Shown here piece after piece: positions 51,665 to 64,000 of a stretch of DNA of 64,000 nucleotides (position 1 is its first letter; every line of letters starts with the position of its first letter). Origin of the DNA: Okamejei kenojei (Eukaryota). Both the position numbers and the translations under genes were made by a program. The stretch spans positions 7,378,001-7,442,000 of the forward strand of contig CM069173.1 in assembly GCA_035221665.1 (NCBI GenBank). The letters run 5' to 3'. Below the pieces are notes generated by a model, which was not told where the DNA came from, searched no databases, and saw only the letters and a program-made list of their open reading frames with translations.

Positions 51665-52820
51665 CCATATAACAATTACAGCACGGAAACAGGCCCTCTC
51701 GGCCCTTCCAGTCTGTGCCGACCATTTGTTTTCCCCTAGTCCCATCTACCTGCACTCAGACCATACCCCTCCATTCCCTTCACGTCCATATACCTATCCA
51801 CTTTACTCTTAAATGTTAAAATCGATCCTGCCTCCACCACTTCTGCTGGAAGCTCATTCCACACAGCCACCACCCTCTGAGTAAAGAAGTTCCCCCTCAC
51901 GTTACCCCTAAACTTCTGTCCCTTAATTCTCATGTCATGCCCTCTTGTTTGAATCTTCCCTACCCTCAACGGGAAAAACGTATCCACGTTAACTCTGTTT
52001 ATCCCTTTCATCATTTTAAAGACCTCAATCAAGTCCCCCCTTAACCTTCTGCTCCAAAGAATAAAGACCTAACTTGTTCAACCTTTCTCTGTAACATAGT
52101 TGCTGGAACCCTGGCGACATTCTAGTAAATCTCCTCTGTACTCTCTCTATTTTGTTGACATCCTTCCTATAACTAGGCGACCAAAATTGTACACCATACT
52201 CCAGAATTGGTCTTACCAATGCCTTGTACAATTTTAACATTACTTCCATACTCCTATATTCAATGCTCTGATTTAACAACAACACTTAACAACATTATAC
52301 TCCATCTGCCATCTTTCAGCCCACTTTTCCAAATGACCCAAATCTCTCTGTAGACTTTGAAAATCTACTTCATTATCCACAACACCACCTATCTTAGTAT
52401 CATCTGCATACTTACTTATCCAATTTTCCACCCCATCACCCAGATCATTGATGTACATGACAAACAACAGTGGACCCAACACAGATCCCTGACCCCACTG
52501 GTCACCGGCTTCCAACCTGACAAACAGCCATCCACCATTACTCTCTGACATCTCCCATTCAGCCACTGTTGAATCCATCTTGCTAATCCACCATTAACAC
52601 CCAAAGATTGAACCTTCTTAACCAACCTTCCATGGGGAACCTTGTCAAAGGCCTTACTGAAATCCATATAGACAACATCCACTGCTTTACCCTTATCAAT
52701 GTCCCTAGTTACCACTTCAAAAAATTCAAGAAGGTTTGTCAAACATGACCTTCCAGGCACAAATCCATGTTGACTGTTCCTGATCAGACCCTGTTTATCC
52801 AGATGCTTATATATATTATC
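51665..52820 (-). mobile_element. CR1 LINE (RT to 3' end)
   Basis: GRSCLTNLLEFF, VVYMDFSKAFDKVPH, SKYADDTK, YKALVRPILEYGVQFWSP. Confidence 0.9.
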
Positions 52821-52949
52821 TCTGGCATATTATCACAGACAGCATCCGTCGTCAGGATCGAACCAACGTCTCGGGCCCTGTGAGGCAGCAACTCTACCTC
52901 TGCGCCACTGTGTCGCCACACAGCACCAGTTCAATGTTCTCTCTCCCTG

Positions 52950-53660
52950 TTAGAGTCATAGAGCCATTGAGTCACAGAGTGATACAGTGTGGAAATAGGG
53001 CATTCCGTTCAACTTGCCCACACCGGCCAACATGTCCCAGCTACACTAGGCCCACCTGCTTGCGCTTGGTCCTTAGCCCTCCAACCCTGTCCTATCCATG
53101 TACCTGCATAACTGCTTCTTAAAAGTTGGAATAATCCCAGCCTCAACTACCTCCTCTGGCAGCTTGTTCCATACACCCACCACCACCCTTTGTGTGAAAA
53201 GGTTACTCCTCAGATTCCTGTTAAATCTTTTCCCCTTCACCTTGAACCTATGTCCTCTGGTTCTCGATTCCATTACTCTGGGCAAGAGATTCTGTGCATC
53301 TGCCCGATATATTTCTCTCATGATTTTATACGCCTCTATAAGATCACCCCGCATCCTCCTGCGCTCCAAGGTATAGAGACCCAGCCTGCTCAACCTCTCC
53401 CTGTAGCTCACACCCTCGAGTCCTGGCAACATCCTCGTAAATCTTCTTTAAACCCTTTCAAGCTTGCCAATATCTTTCCTATAACGTGGTGCCCAGAACT
53501 GAACACAATATTCACAGTTTCTCCAGCTTTTTGTGTACCCTCGATTCTCCAGCATCTGCAGTTCCTTCTTTAAAACAATATTCTAAATGCGGTCTCACCA
53601 ACGTCTTATATAACTGCAACGTGACCTCCCGACGTCTATACTCAATACTCTGACTGATGA
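52950..53660 (-). mobile_element. CR1 LINE 3' fragment
   Basis: MLPGLEGVSYRERLSRLGLYTLERRRMRGDLIE..RTRGH. Confidence 0.85.
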
Positions 53661-53897
53661 AGCATATTGTAGTTGCACATCTGTGAACGTGGAAGGGTTA
53701 AACATTTCTTCAGCGAGACTCATTAACGTTCAGTCTCCACGGTGCCTGACTTGCGTCACTTGAGAATCCTCTCTGATAAGGGGCTCCATTCATTGCGCGG
53801 TCACACTGCCGGGGACTACAGTTCGTGCGATACCGGCGGGGATCCGCGGCTCCACGGCCACTGAGAGATAGGGCTCGAACTTAGGGACGAGGCAGCA

Positions 53898-54036
53898 ATG
53901 GAGCGGAATGTTTTCTGGGCGGCTCACTACATTTTTGCCGATTACGACTGGCTGACATTAGACGATCGGATCTACTGTGTACTGCGGACTATTCAACCAA
54001 TTTGCTACCCTCTGCTCGCAATCGTCGCCGTTCCCG
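53898..54036 (+). CDS. GPR139-like class A GPCR (intact), exon 1
   Basis: gcaATGG Kozak context, MERNVFWAAH..IQPICYPLLAIVAVP-G|gtaagg. The phase-1 donor joins exon 2 in frame (G+TG = Val). Confidence 0.88.
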
Positions 54037-54084
54037 GTAAGGTTCACTATCCAACCATTAATTTTAAAATCATGGTGTGCGGGG

Positions 54085-54335
54085 CCGCACGGTGGCGCAG
54101 CGCCGGAGACCCAGGTTCGACCCCGCATACGGGCGGTGTCTGTACGGCGTTGGTACGGTCTCCCCGTGATCGCGTGGGTTTTCTCCGGCACTCAAAAGAC
54201 GTAGGTAAATTCGCTTGGTAAATGTAAAAAATGTCCCTAATGTGTGTAGCATAGTGTTTATATGCCGGGATCGCTGGTCGGCGGAGACCCAGTGGGCAGA
54301 AGGTCCTGTTTCCGCGCTGTATCTGAAAACTAAAA
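54085..54335 (+). mobile_element. tRNA-derived SINE (intronic)
   Basis: gcacggtggcgcagc..ccaggttcgacc head, shared body and ctaaa tail. Further copies at ~54550-54705 (-) and ~57965-58180 (-). Confidence 0.75.
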
Positions 54336-55584
54336 TATAAACTGAAGTGATTTGATGCAGTTGGTCTTAAAGCTGAATAATGTGGTCGTTTCTCATTAAC
54401 TTTATTAAGGAGAAACTGGCTTCAGTGAAATAAATTGTGTTCTTCCTGGTATGAAACTAAATTACCAGGTTTAGTCCGCACTGAGCAGTAATGCCGTCAC
54501 ATTAACTCAAGGGAGATTTTTTTGCCAATTTCATCCCAAGGCAATGAACATACAAACCTGTACATCTTTGGAACGTGGGGGGAAACCGGAGCACCCGGAG
54601 AAAACCCACGCAGGTCACCGGGAGAACGTACAAACTCCGTACAGACAGCACCCGCAGTCGGGATCGAACACGGGTCTCAGGCGCTGTAAGCGCTGTAACT
54701 ACTACCGATGCCCAGATATTAAAGGCATACATTATTGTATTTCTCTTATGTCCAGTTTCCTCCTCCAATATTCAGTCTGAAGTAGGGTCCTGACCCGCAA
54801 CCCCACCCATCCATTCTCTCCAGCGATGCTGCCTGACCCTCTGAGTCACGCCAGTATTCTGCGTCAATCTTCAGTGTAAACCAAAATCTGCAGTTCCTTT
54901 CTATACGCGATGATTGCATATTGTATCCATATCGCAGAGCCTGTAATTACTATCTCGTCTTGTTGTAGCGGTTCTTGATCGCCCTCAAATCCCTTAGAGA
55001 AGGTGGTTTTAGGCAGGGACTATTTAGGCATTTAAAAGACATTTGGGCGGGTACGTGGATGTGAAGAAGGATATGGGACAAATGCGGGCGGGTGGAGGTG
55101 GTATCGATGCGTGGGCAAGTTGGACCTAAGGGCCTATTTCCGTACTGTATGACTGTGCCTCTATGACTAATCCCGATGCTCAGATTCACGCTCACCAACT
55201 GCACCCGCAATTCTGCCGGACAATGCCTGCACTTAACGACACTAATACCAACTTTGCGTATGTGTCCTATCTATCCAAGTACACTACCGGAATAAATGTA
55301 AACTCTGTTGATGGGCTGATTGAAAGACACATACAGGAACAGGCTCTTCGGGCCACTGGGTCCACGCCGACCAAATGAGGTAGTTGTGGGTGGCAGGGAC
55401 GATCGCAACGTTGAAGAAACAGATACACGGGCACGACAGGTTTGGAGGGATATGGGCCAAACGCAGGCAGGTGGGATTAGTATAGATGGGACATATTGGC
55501 CGGTGTTGGCAAGTTGGGCCGAAGGGCCTGTTTCTACGCTGTATCACTCTATGACCCCAGTTCTTTACAATATATATTAACGAT

Positions 55585-56305
55585 TTACCATATCTAAGTT
55601 TGCGGATGACACAAAGCTGGGTGGCAGTGTAAGCTGCGAGGAGGATGCTATGAGGCTACACGGTGGTTGGGTGAGTGAGCAGAAACATGGCAGATGCAGT
55701 TTAATATGGATAAATGTGAGGTTATCCACTTTGGTGGCAAGAACACGAAGGCAAGTTATTTTTGGAATGGTGTCAGATTAGGAGAAGGGGAGGTGCCACG
55801 AGATGTGGCTGTGTGTTTGTACATCAGTCACTGAAAATAAACATGTCGGTGGAGCAGGCAGTGAAGAGAGCCAATAGCATGTTGGCCTTCATTGCGAGAG
55901 GATTTGAGTTCAGGAGCAAGGAGGTGCTACTGCAGTTGTACACCGCCCTGGTGAGACCGCACCTGGAGTATTGTGTGCAATTTTGGTCTCCTAATTTGAG
56001 GAAGGACATTCTTGGTATTGAGGGAGTGCAGCGTAGGTTCGCCAGGTTAATTCCCGGGATGGCGGGACTGACGTATGGTGAAAGAATGGGTCGACTGGGC
56101 TTGTATTCGCTGGAATTTGGAAGGATGAGAAGGAATCTTATATGAACATATTCAATTCTTAGAGGATTGGACAGGGTAGATGCAGGAAAAATGTTCCCAA
56201 TGTTGGGGGAAGCCCAGAACCTGGGGTCACTGTTTAAGAATAAGAGGTAGGCCATTTAGGACTGAGATCAGGAAAACATTTTCACCCAGAGAGTTGTGAG
56301 TCTGA
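55585..56305 (+). mobile_element. CR1 LINE fragment (intronic)
   Basis: SKFADDTK, LYTALVRPHLEYCVQFWSP, IEGVQRRF. Confidence 0.88.
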
Positions 56306-57229
56306 CAATGAAATTCTTGCTTTGCATCATCACAAAGGAATATAGTAGGCACGAATACAGAATACTCAGTGGGCTAATTCTATGCACACTATACTAATAT
56401 GGGGCGGTGCGTATGTGTGGCAATACTTTACTAAACTGAATGCAAAAAAAAGAGTGTCCAACAGCGGAAGGACCATTGCTGTGGTCCTTATCTTTGGATA
56501 GGAAAGATTCAGAAGGGTATGGGTCAAACGCCGGCAAATGAGTCCAGCGTAGATGGGGACATCTTGGTCGGCATGGAATAGTTGGACCGAAGAGCCTGTT
56601 TCCCTGCTATATAACGTTATGACTATTATATTTCTTCAAGCGATTTCTACAGGTGCCCTCCAGCAGCATCGTGGCCAACGTGGGCAAGTGGGACTAGCTT
56701 AGATGGGGCATCTTGCATGACGTGGATGAACTGGGCCAAAGGGTGCTCTTGACTATAACTGCTTTGCATCAATGCACACCTGTCTGGACTTTGCAAATTC
56801 GCCAAAACCTGGGGATACTTGCTTGCGTTCTCAGTGGGCTAATTCTATCCACGTTGTACTAATATGGGTGGTGCGTATGTGTGGCAATACTTTACTGAAC
56901 TGAATGCAAAAAAAAGTATTTCACTGCACGTCTGCGCATGTGATAATAAAGAACAATTGAACCGTCGAGTTTGTTTTTTAAATGGTTTTCCTCAATTTAT
57001 AAAATACAGTTTTGCTTGTTGACATGGGTACCAAGGTACAGTGCAAAATATTTTGTTGCGTGCTATCCTGTCAGCGGAAAGACCATACATGATTAAATGG
57101 AACCAATTACAGCGTAAAGATATTCGATAAGGGAATAACGTTTAGTGCAAGGTACAGCCAGCAAAGTTCGATCAAGGATAGTCTGAGGATCACCAATGAG
57201 GTAGATAATAGTTTTGGACCGCTCTCTGG

Positions 57230-57680
57230 TTCATAAGGTCATGCTGTGGGAGCAAAATTAAGCCATTCGGCCCATAAAGTCTACTCTGCCATTCAATCAT
57301 GGCCGATCTATCTCTCGCTCCTAACCCCATTCTCCTGCCTGATCCCCACAACCCCATACACCGGCCTTAGTTAAGAATCTATCTCTCTCCGCCTTAAAAA
57401 TATCCATTGACTTGGCCTCCACAGCCGTCTGTGGCAAAGAATTCCACAGATTCACCACCCTCTGACTAAATAAATTCCTCCTCATCTCCTTCCTAATGGA
57501 ACGTCCTTTAATTCTGAGGCTCTGACCTCTAGTCCAAGACTCTCTAACCAGTAGAAACATCCTCTCTACATCCACCCTTTCACTATTCGGTACGTTCCAA
57601 TGCCCTCACCATCCCCCCCCACTCCCCCCCCTCCCCCCCCCCCTCCCCCCCACCCCTCCATTCTTCCAAACTCCAGCGGT
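57230..57680 (-). mobile_element. CR1 LINE 3' end (intronic)
   Basis: RGQSLRIKGR..FSQRVVNLWNSLP. Confidence 0.8.
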
Positions 57681-58945
57681 TATGGCAGGATGATCCCGAT
57701 CTATCTCAATGGATAATTCAGCTGTTCTGTAAACTTAAGAGAATTGTGTACAAAAATCATGATTCATCTTTGTTTGTACATCCTTTGAAATCAATGACAG
57801 CCTCTCCCTCAGTTTGGTGAACGAAGATATTTGTCACATAAAATTCGGCCCCTAATCCAAGGTGAACCTTTCACAGAAGCCATTTTCTCCTTAATAAAGT
57901 TCATGAGAAACTACCACATTATTCAGCTTTAAGACCGGCTGCATCAAATCACTTTAGTTTATAGTCTAATTTAGAGATATAGCGCGGAAACAAGCCCTTC
58001 GGCCCACCGAGTCCGTGCCGACCAGCCATCCCCGCACACAAACACTATTCTACACGCACTGGGGGCGCTTTACAATTTTACAATTTTTACCGAGCCAATT
58101 AGCCCACAAAGCTGCACGTCTTTGGAGTGTGGGAGGAAACCGGAGGACCTGGAGAAAACCCACGCAGGTCACGGGGAGAATTCTGGACCTTCCTTCAGTC
58201 CGAAAGTAGAAAGGCGGGAACTGGAAGTAAGAAAATGGTTTTCTACCGGAGATGGAGGTCGAGAGGCTGGTGAGAGGACCGGGCAGTCTTCTGATAGCAG
58301 CTGGGAAGAACCATTACTCGGTTGATCCTCGCTGTTAAGCTATGTAGTGCCCGGTGGGAGAATAGGTTTTTTTTAAAATGGAAACCTGTTTTAATAAAAT
58401 GTAGCACTTGGAAAATGTTCAAGTACCTTTGCATTACAAATAAAGTTCCATAACATTTGCAGACTCGGGTGCAATTTAAATGCATTAAATAAAATGGACA
58501 TTTGTAGGTTATCACAGATTTAATTTAAAAAGCAAATGGCTGAAGTGTAATATAACCTTTTACATTTTAGTAATGATAACCTCATAAATAACGCGCTGTT
58601 AACGATTGTGGAATAAATAACTCAGTACTGCTCTGAATTAACACCATTAAAAGACGAGTAAACACTTGCATTGATATTTGATGGAATGCGAATTCCAACT
58701 TCTGCTCAAAATTCGTACCCAAAAATGTACATAAAACAGACGCCGTGGGAGCTATCCTAGGGCTACAGTAAGTGTGTGTGCCCATGGATAGTAATCTATA
58801 TAATCTAATAGGCCTGAAACGTTGCCTATTTCCTTCGCTCCACAGATGCTGTTGCACCTGCTGAGTTTCTCCAGCACTTTTGTCTACCCTCGCTGTTAAC
58901 TTTGCTCCGAATCAAATCCTCAATTTGATTTCACTTTTCCCGCAG

Positions 58946-59877
58946 TGAACCTGGTGACCATCACGATCCTGTCGCGGGGAAAGTGCGGCCTCTCCAAAGG
59001 CGTGACCCGCTACCTGGTGTCCATGGCGTCGTCCGATCTCCTGGTGGTCATCCTCGACCTGATACTCAGACAGATCCCCATCGCTTTCCCGAGAGAGTTC
59101 CGGCTGCTGCGGTCGTTCCCCGCCTGCAACGTCCACGCCGTGCTTCTCTACGCGGCCACCGACTGCTCCGTCTGGTTCACGGTCACCTTCACCTTCGACC
59201 GGTGTGTGGCCATATGCAGCGCCAAGCTGAGGAGTAAGTATTGCACCGAGCGAACGGCGGCCATGGTGCTGGGGACCGTCAGTGTGCTGAGCTGTTTGAA
59301 GAACATCTTCTGGTACTTCCTGCTGAGGGGGTGGTATTACCTTCTGAACAACCCGTGGTTCTGTTACGGGAGGAAGAATGTTCTCTATTCCCCAATCTGG
59401 GCGACGATTGAGTTCCTCCATTACCTCGTCACCCCAGTGCTTCCCTTCATCCTGGTCCTGCTGCTGAACGCCTTGACCATCAGACATGTCTTGGTGGCCA
59501 GCCGAGCCCGCAAGAGGCTCCGGGGACCCGGCAGCGGCGAGCAGAGTCCCAGAGATCCGGAGATGGACAACCGCAGGAAGTCCCTCGTTCTGCTGCTGGT
59601 TATTTCGGGCAACTTCATCAGCCTGTGGGCCCTCTTCACGGTTTATTACGTGTGGGCCCGCCTGAGGTACCTGGGGCCCGTGTCTACCTTCCCGCCGTGG
59701 ACGGTGCGCGAACTCGGCTTCATGCTGCAGCTGCTGAGCTGTTGCACCAACACCGCCATCTACGCCGCGACCCAGAGGAAGTTCAGGGAGCAGCTGAAGG
59801 AGGCGGTGAAACCCCCCCGGGCTCTCCTTGTGGAGTGCGCTCGCTGCGCTCGTGGGCTGAGAAACCCCCGGCAGTGA
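58946..59877 (+). CDS. GPR139-like class A GPCR (intact), exon 2; spliced product 356 aa
   Basis: Polypyrimidine tract and cag| acceptor at 58945. Open frame with 7TM pattern: TM2 MASSDLLVV, TM3 Cys and WFTVTFTFDRCVAIC, ECL2 PWFC, TM5 PVLPF, TM7 CCTNTAIY, helix 8 KFREQL. 139+932 = 1071 nt. Confidence 0.93.
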
Positions 59878-60519
59878 ACAAAATTGGACATCGAATTCTC
59901 CAATTCTAGATAACCTCCAACTATCCCCACCCCCACTCCCTCCCTCACCTACCACCTCCCTCCGCCTAAACCCCCGGGATCTCTCCCCTGTGCACCACAA
60001 GGACTCCCATCTATTTCTCCTCACTCCTACTAATTTCCTCCCTCTGGCTTCACAATCTGCAACTCTGACATGTCTCGCCCCTTCTGCTCTTACCTCTGGG
60101 CTTTGCCCCAACCATTTGTCTGTCACCCCCCCCTCCCCGCTTGCTTATGTACAGCTATTTACCTTTTACCCGCTTCCAACCTGTGCAGCTATATATTCTC
60201 CTCTCTTCCCCCCCCCCCCCCCCAATCAAGATGAAGCAGGGCCTCAATCCCAAACGACACCTATCCATGTTCATCAGATATGCTGCCTGACCTGCTGAGG
60301 TACTCCAGCACTTTAGGTCCTTTAATGCTTCAATCCACATGGTTGCCTTCTCTCTAACTCCGGTTTCTTCCCAGAGAAGTCTTGCCGAAGTCTGAAAGAA
60401 GAATCCTCACCAGAAACCTGGGCTGTACATTTCTCTCCGGAGATCGTTGAGCCACTCCAACGCTCTCCGTTTTATCCGATTTCTTGCCAAATTCTACGGG
60501 TCCACATGAGAAGGGACAA

Positions 60520-61290
60520 TAAGATCATGTGATCAGAGCAGAATTAGGCCATTCGTCTTGGCTGATCTATCTCTCCCTCCTAACCCCATTCTCCTGCCTT
60601 CTCCCCATAACCTCTGACATCTGTACTAATCAATAATCTGTCTATCTCTGCCTTAAATATATCCACAGACTTGGCCTCCACAGCCTTCTGTGGCAAAGAA
60701 TTCCACAGATTCACCACCCTCTGACTAAAGAAATTTCTCCTCATCTCCTTCCTAAAAGAATACCCTTTAATTCTGAGGCTGTGACCTCTGGTCCTAGACT
60801 CTCCCACTAGTGAAAACATCCTCTGCACATCCACTCTTTCCAAGCCTTTCACTATTCTGTAAATTTCAATGAGGTCCCCCCCCCCCCCCCCCCATTCCCA
60901 GTGCCGTCAAAAACTCATCATGTTTCATGTTAACCCACTCATTCCTGGGATCATTCTTGTAAACCTCCTCGGGGCCCACTCCAGAGCCAGCACACCTTCC
61001 TCCGATATGGTGCTCAAAATTGCTCACAATATTCAAAATGCGGCCTGACCAGCGATCCATCGAGCCCCAGCATTACATCCCTGTTTTTGTGTACACCTCC
61101 TCTCAGAATAAATTGCGTTTGCTGTCCACTACCAATTCGATTTGCAGATTATTTTTTGGAAATCCTGCACCAGCATTCCCAAGTTCCTTTGCACCTCCGA
61201 TTTCTTGATTATCTCCCCATTTATAATATAATCTGCGCCTTTATTCCTACTACCAAAATGCACGACTCCACACTTTGCTACGCTATACTG
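60520..61290 (-). mobile_element. CR1 LINE 3' fragment
   Basis: KGLERVDVQRMFSLVGESRTRGHSLRIKG..QRVVNLWNSLP and AKCGVVHFG. Confidence 0.85.
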
Positions 61291-61511
61291 TTGATGCGGA
61301 TCACAGATTTTTGGGGGAACAGCTCTGCTCTGACCGCAAGCAATTCTGGAGAGACACAAGGAATAGCAGATGCTGGCTCACCTAAACAAAATACGCCAAG
61401 TAATTCAAGGGTCAGGCAGCATCTCAAGAGGATATATAAATATACTTTTTGAATGGGACCCTTATTCAACGTGGATGTAGCTCAGTCTTTCATAAAGACC
61501 AGGCTGCTACT

Positions 61512-61802
61512 TGCCCCACTTAGGAAACCTGAACGGAAACTTCTGGAGACTTTGCGCCCCACCCAAGGTTTCCGTGCGGTTCCCGGAGTTTTTTGTCAGT
61601 CTCCCAAATGGTCGAAAGTGGTTTCCGTTTTAAAAATCGGTATTTTTTTAGTCGAAGCCGGTTGCGATGCTAGTTGAAGGTGGTTGCCAGAGGACAAAAA
61701 CCTCCGGGAACCGCATAGAAACCTTGGGTGGGGCGCAGAGTTTCCATAGGTTTTCCTTCAGGTTTCCTAAGTGGGACAGGGGCATAAGTGGGACAGGGGC
61801 AT
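61512..61802. mobile_element. Foldback MITE (Harbinger-like) with ~80-bp inverted arms
   Basis: ..ccccacttaggaaacctgaacggaaac..gtttccgtgcggttcccggagttttt is mirrored by aaaaacctccgggaaccgc..ggtttcctaagtgggacaggggca. The right TIR is tandemly duplicated. Confidence 0.8.
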
Positions 61803-62039
61803 TACAACCAACATAATCGATGACCTTTTTCACCGCCGTCGTTCCTTCTTCTCCGGTCCCGCAGCGAAGAAGAGACAAAAGCCTGAAAGCAAGTACCACC
61901 AGACTCAGAAACAGATGAAGAAGGGTTCCGAACCGAAGCCTAGTCTACCAGTTCTCCAGAAATGCTTCCTTACCCGCGAGTTACACCAGCATTTCCGGTA
62001 TTTTTATTTAGTGAACCAGCATCTGCAGGCCCTTGTTCG

Positions 62040-63960
62040 TTTAGTTTAGTTTAGTTTAGTTTAGTTTAGAGATACAGCGCGGGCCACCGGTGCACTAACC
62101 TACACACACTGGGGACAATTTACATGTATAACAAGCCAATGAATCTAGAAAACCGGAACACCCGGAGACAACCCACGCAGTCACGGGGTGATCGTTCAAA
62201 CGCCGTGCAGACAGCACCCGTGGTCAGGATCGAACCCGGGTCTCTGGTGCTGTAAGGCAGCAACTCTACCGCTGCCCCACCTTGCCGCCATAAAGCGTGT
62301 CTATAGCTTCATCGGTAATCAGTTATCCGACACATGAACGGCCCTTCTCTAAGCCAGGATGTAGTCCAGATCGTCCAACCGACCTAAGTGTGGACATTGG
62401 ACTTTGCAACTGTAACGCTCCAATGCTATAAACTTTATACTGTATGCACTGCTTGTTGCTCTTGCGCTTTGCTCGATTATACGCCTTCATGTCTCAGATG
62501 AACCGATGTATCGCATCACTTTTATTTTAGAGATACAGCGTGCAAATACGTCCTTCGGCCCACCGAGTCCGCACCGACCAGCGATCCCCGCACACTGACA
62601 TTATCCTACACACACGAGGGATAACTAACATTTTTTCACACAAAGGGTGGTGGGTGTACGGAACGAGCTGTCGGACGAGGCAGTTGAGGCAGGGACTATC
62701 GCAATGTTTAAGAGGTATTTGGACATGTACATGGATAGGGCAGGTTTAGAGGGATATGGGCCAAATGCGTGCAGGTGGGACTAGCGTAGATGGGGCACGT
62801 TGGCCAGTGTGGACAAGTTGGGCCGAAGGGCTATTTTCCACTCTGCATGACACTATAACACCCGGAGAACCCCCACGCGGTCACAGGGAGAACGTACACA
62901 CTCCGTACAGACAGCGCCCGTAGTCAGGATTGGATCCGGGTCTCTGGCGTTGTGAGGCAGCAACTCTGTTTCCTCGCTGTGTGACTCCAGGTGGGACTAG
63001 CGTAGATGGGACATGTTGGCCAGTGTGGGCAAGTTGGGCCGAGGACTCTGTTTACACACTGTACGGCCTCTATGACTCTATATGCAACCACACAAGTGCA
63101 CGATACACTGAAGTAGGATTATTGGGGCCCTGCTCTATGCTTGACGATTCGATGAATTCACGTACGATCTTTAACCCCACTGCCACATTACTGCACCAAC
63201 TCGATGCCCCTTCAAATCCATGAATCTTTGTGGAGTACACTCGACAACGAAGCATCCAAGGGACTTTCAGTCGGGGCATTCTAATAGTTTATCACAGCGG
63301 GATTGACATTTATATCATCTCTGTACCGAGTTGCTAACTATTTCATTTCTGGCCGTGGTCTCTGTTTTCAGACAACACCACTACTAAAACATCAAATCTG
63401 AAAACATCCCGTCAACCCACTGGAGTCTTCACTTTTAGTTTAGAGATAGAGGGAGGCACAGTGGCGCAGCGATAGAGTTGCTGCCTTACAAGCAGATTCG
63501 ATCCTGACTACGGGCGCTGTCCGTGCGTTTACCTGTGACCGCGTGGGTTTTCTCCGGGAGCTCCGGTTTCCTCCCACGCACCAAAGACATACAGGTCTGT
63601 AGGTTAATTGGCTTCGGTAAAAATATAAATTGTCCCCAGTGTGTTGTGTATGCTAGATGTTGTATATGCGCTCACTCGGCGGGCCGAGGGGCCTGTGTCC
63701 GCGCAGTATGTCTAAACTAAATTGAGCCTGGAAACATGCATTTCGGCCCATGGAGTCCACACCGATTATCAATCAACCTATGTTATCCCACTTTCCTGTC
63801 CACTCCCTACACACGAGGGACAATTTACTGAGGCCAATTGAACTATACATCCGCACGTCTTTGAGATAACATAGAACTCGAGTGAGCGGGTTGGCATGGG
63901 CTCGGTGGGCCGAAGGATCTTTTGCCATGGTCTATCTCTAAACTAAAGTTAACTCGTGTC
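62040..63960. mobile_element. Cluster of SINE and CR1-tail fragments
   Basis: (tttag)n tail at 62039-62069. SINE copies at ~62040-62290 (-), ~62520-62615 (-), ~62860-62970 (-) and ~63455-63722 (+); CR1 tail at ~62630-62855. Confidence 0.7.
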
Positions 63961-64000
63961 TACACCTCTCACCATCTCCATTCAGGGTCTAAATAGGCCT

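Noticed and set aside
58912-60126. 404-aa minus-strand ORF
   Set aside because: Antisense shadow of the GC3-rich GPCR exon, with no recognisable domain.

Overview
Eukaryotic, repeat-dense vertebrate DNA. The repeat families and GPCR type suggest a cartilaginous fish (skate/ray-like); this is inference. The window has a 500-N scaffold gap at 27967-28466, and about 4-28 kb looks like indel-rich, poorly polished sequence. Genes: three two-exon class A GPCRs of the GPR139/GPR142-like type, all on +. One is intact (53898-54036 + 58946-59877, 356 aa); two tandem copies are frameshifted (308-~14970 and 16835-~22130). Everything else is nested mobile DNA: L1 (one near full-length, one 5'-truncated with a 13-bp TSD whose empty site is visible in the paralogue), DIRS-type elements, CR1, RTE, Rex1/Babar, Penelope, SINEs, Harbinger-like MITEs and a hAT-like transposase remnant. 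There is also a tRNA-Pro-primed endogenous retrovirus (LTR-PBS-gag-pro, minus strand) interrupted by a complete non-autonomous Helitron, a 6.7-kb ~74-bp satellite with higher-order repeats directly behind a Helitron 5' end, a TSD-flanked hammerhead-like mini-element, and a tRNA-Arg-like gene with a hairpin insertion. Repeat boundaries are approximate unless a junction sequence is quoted.
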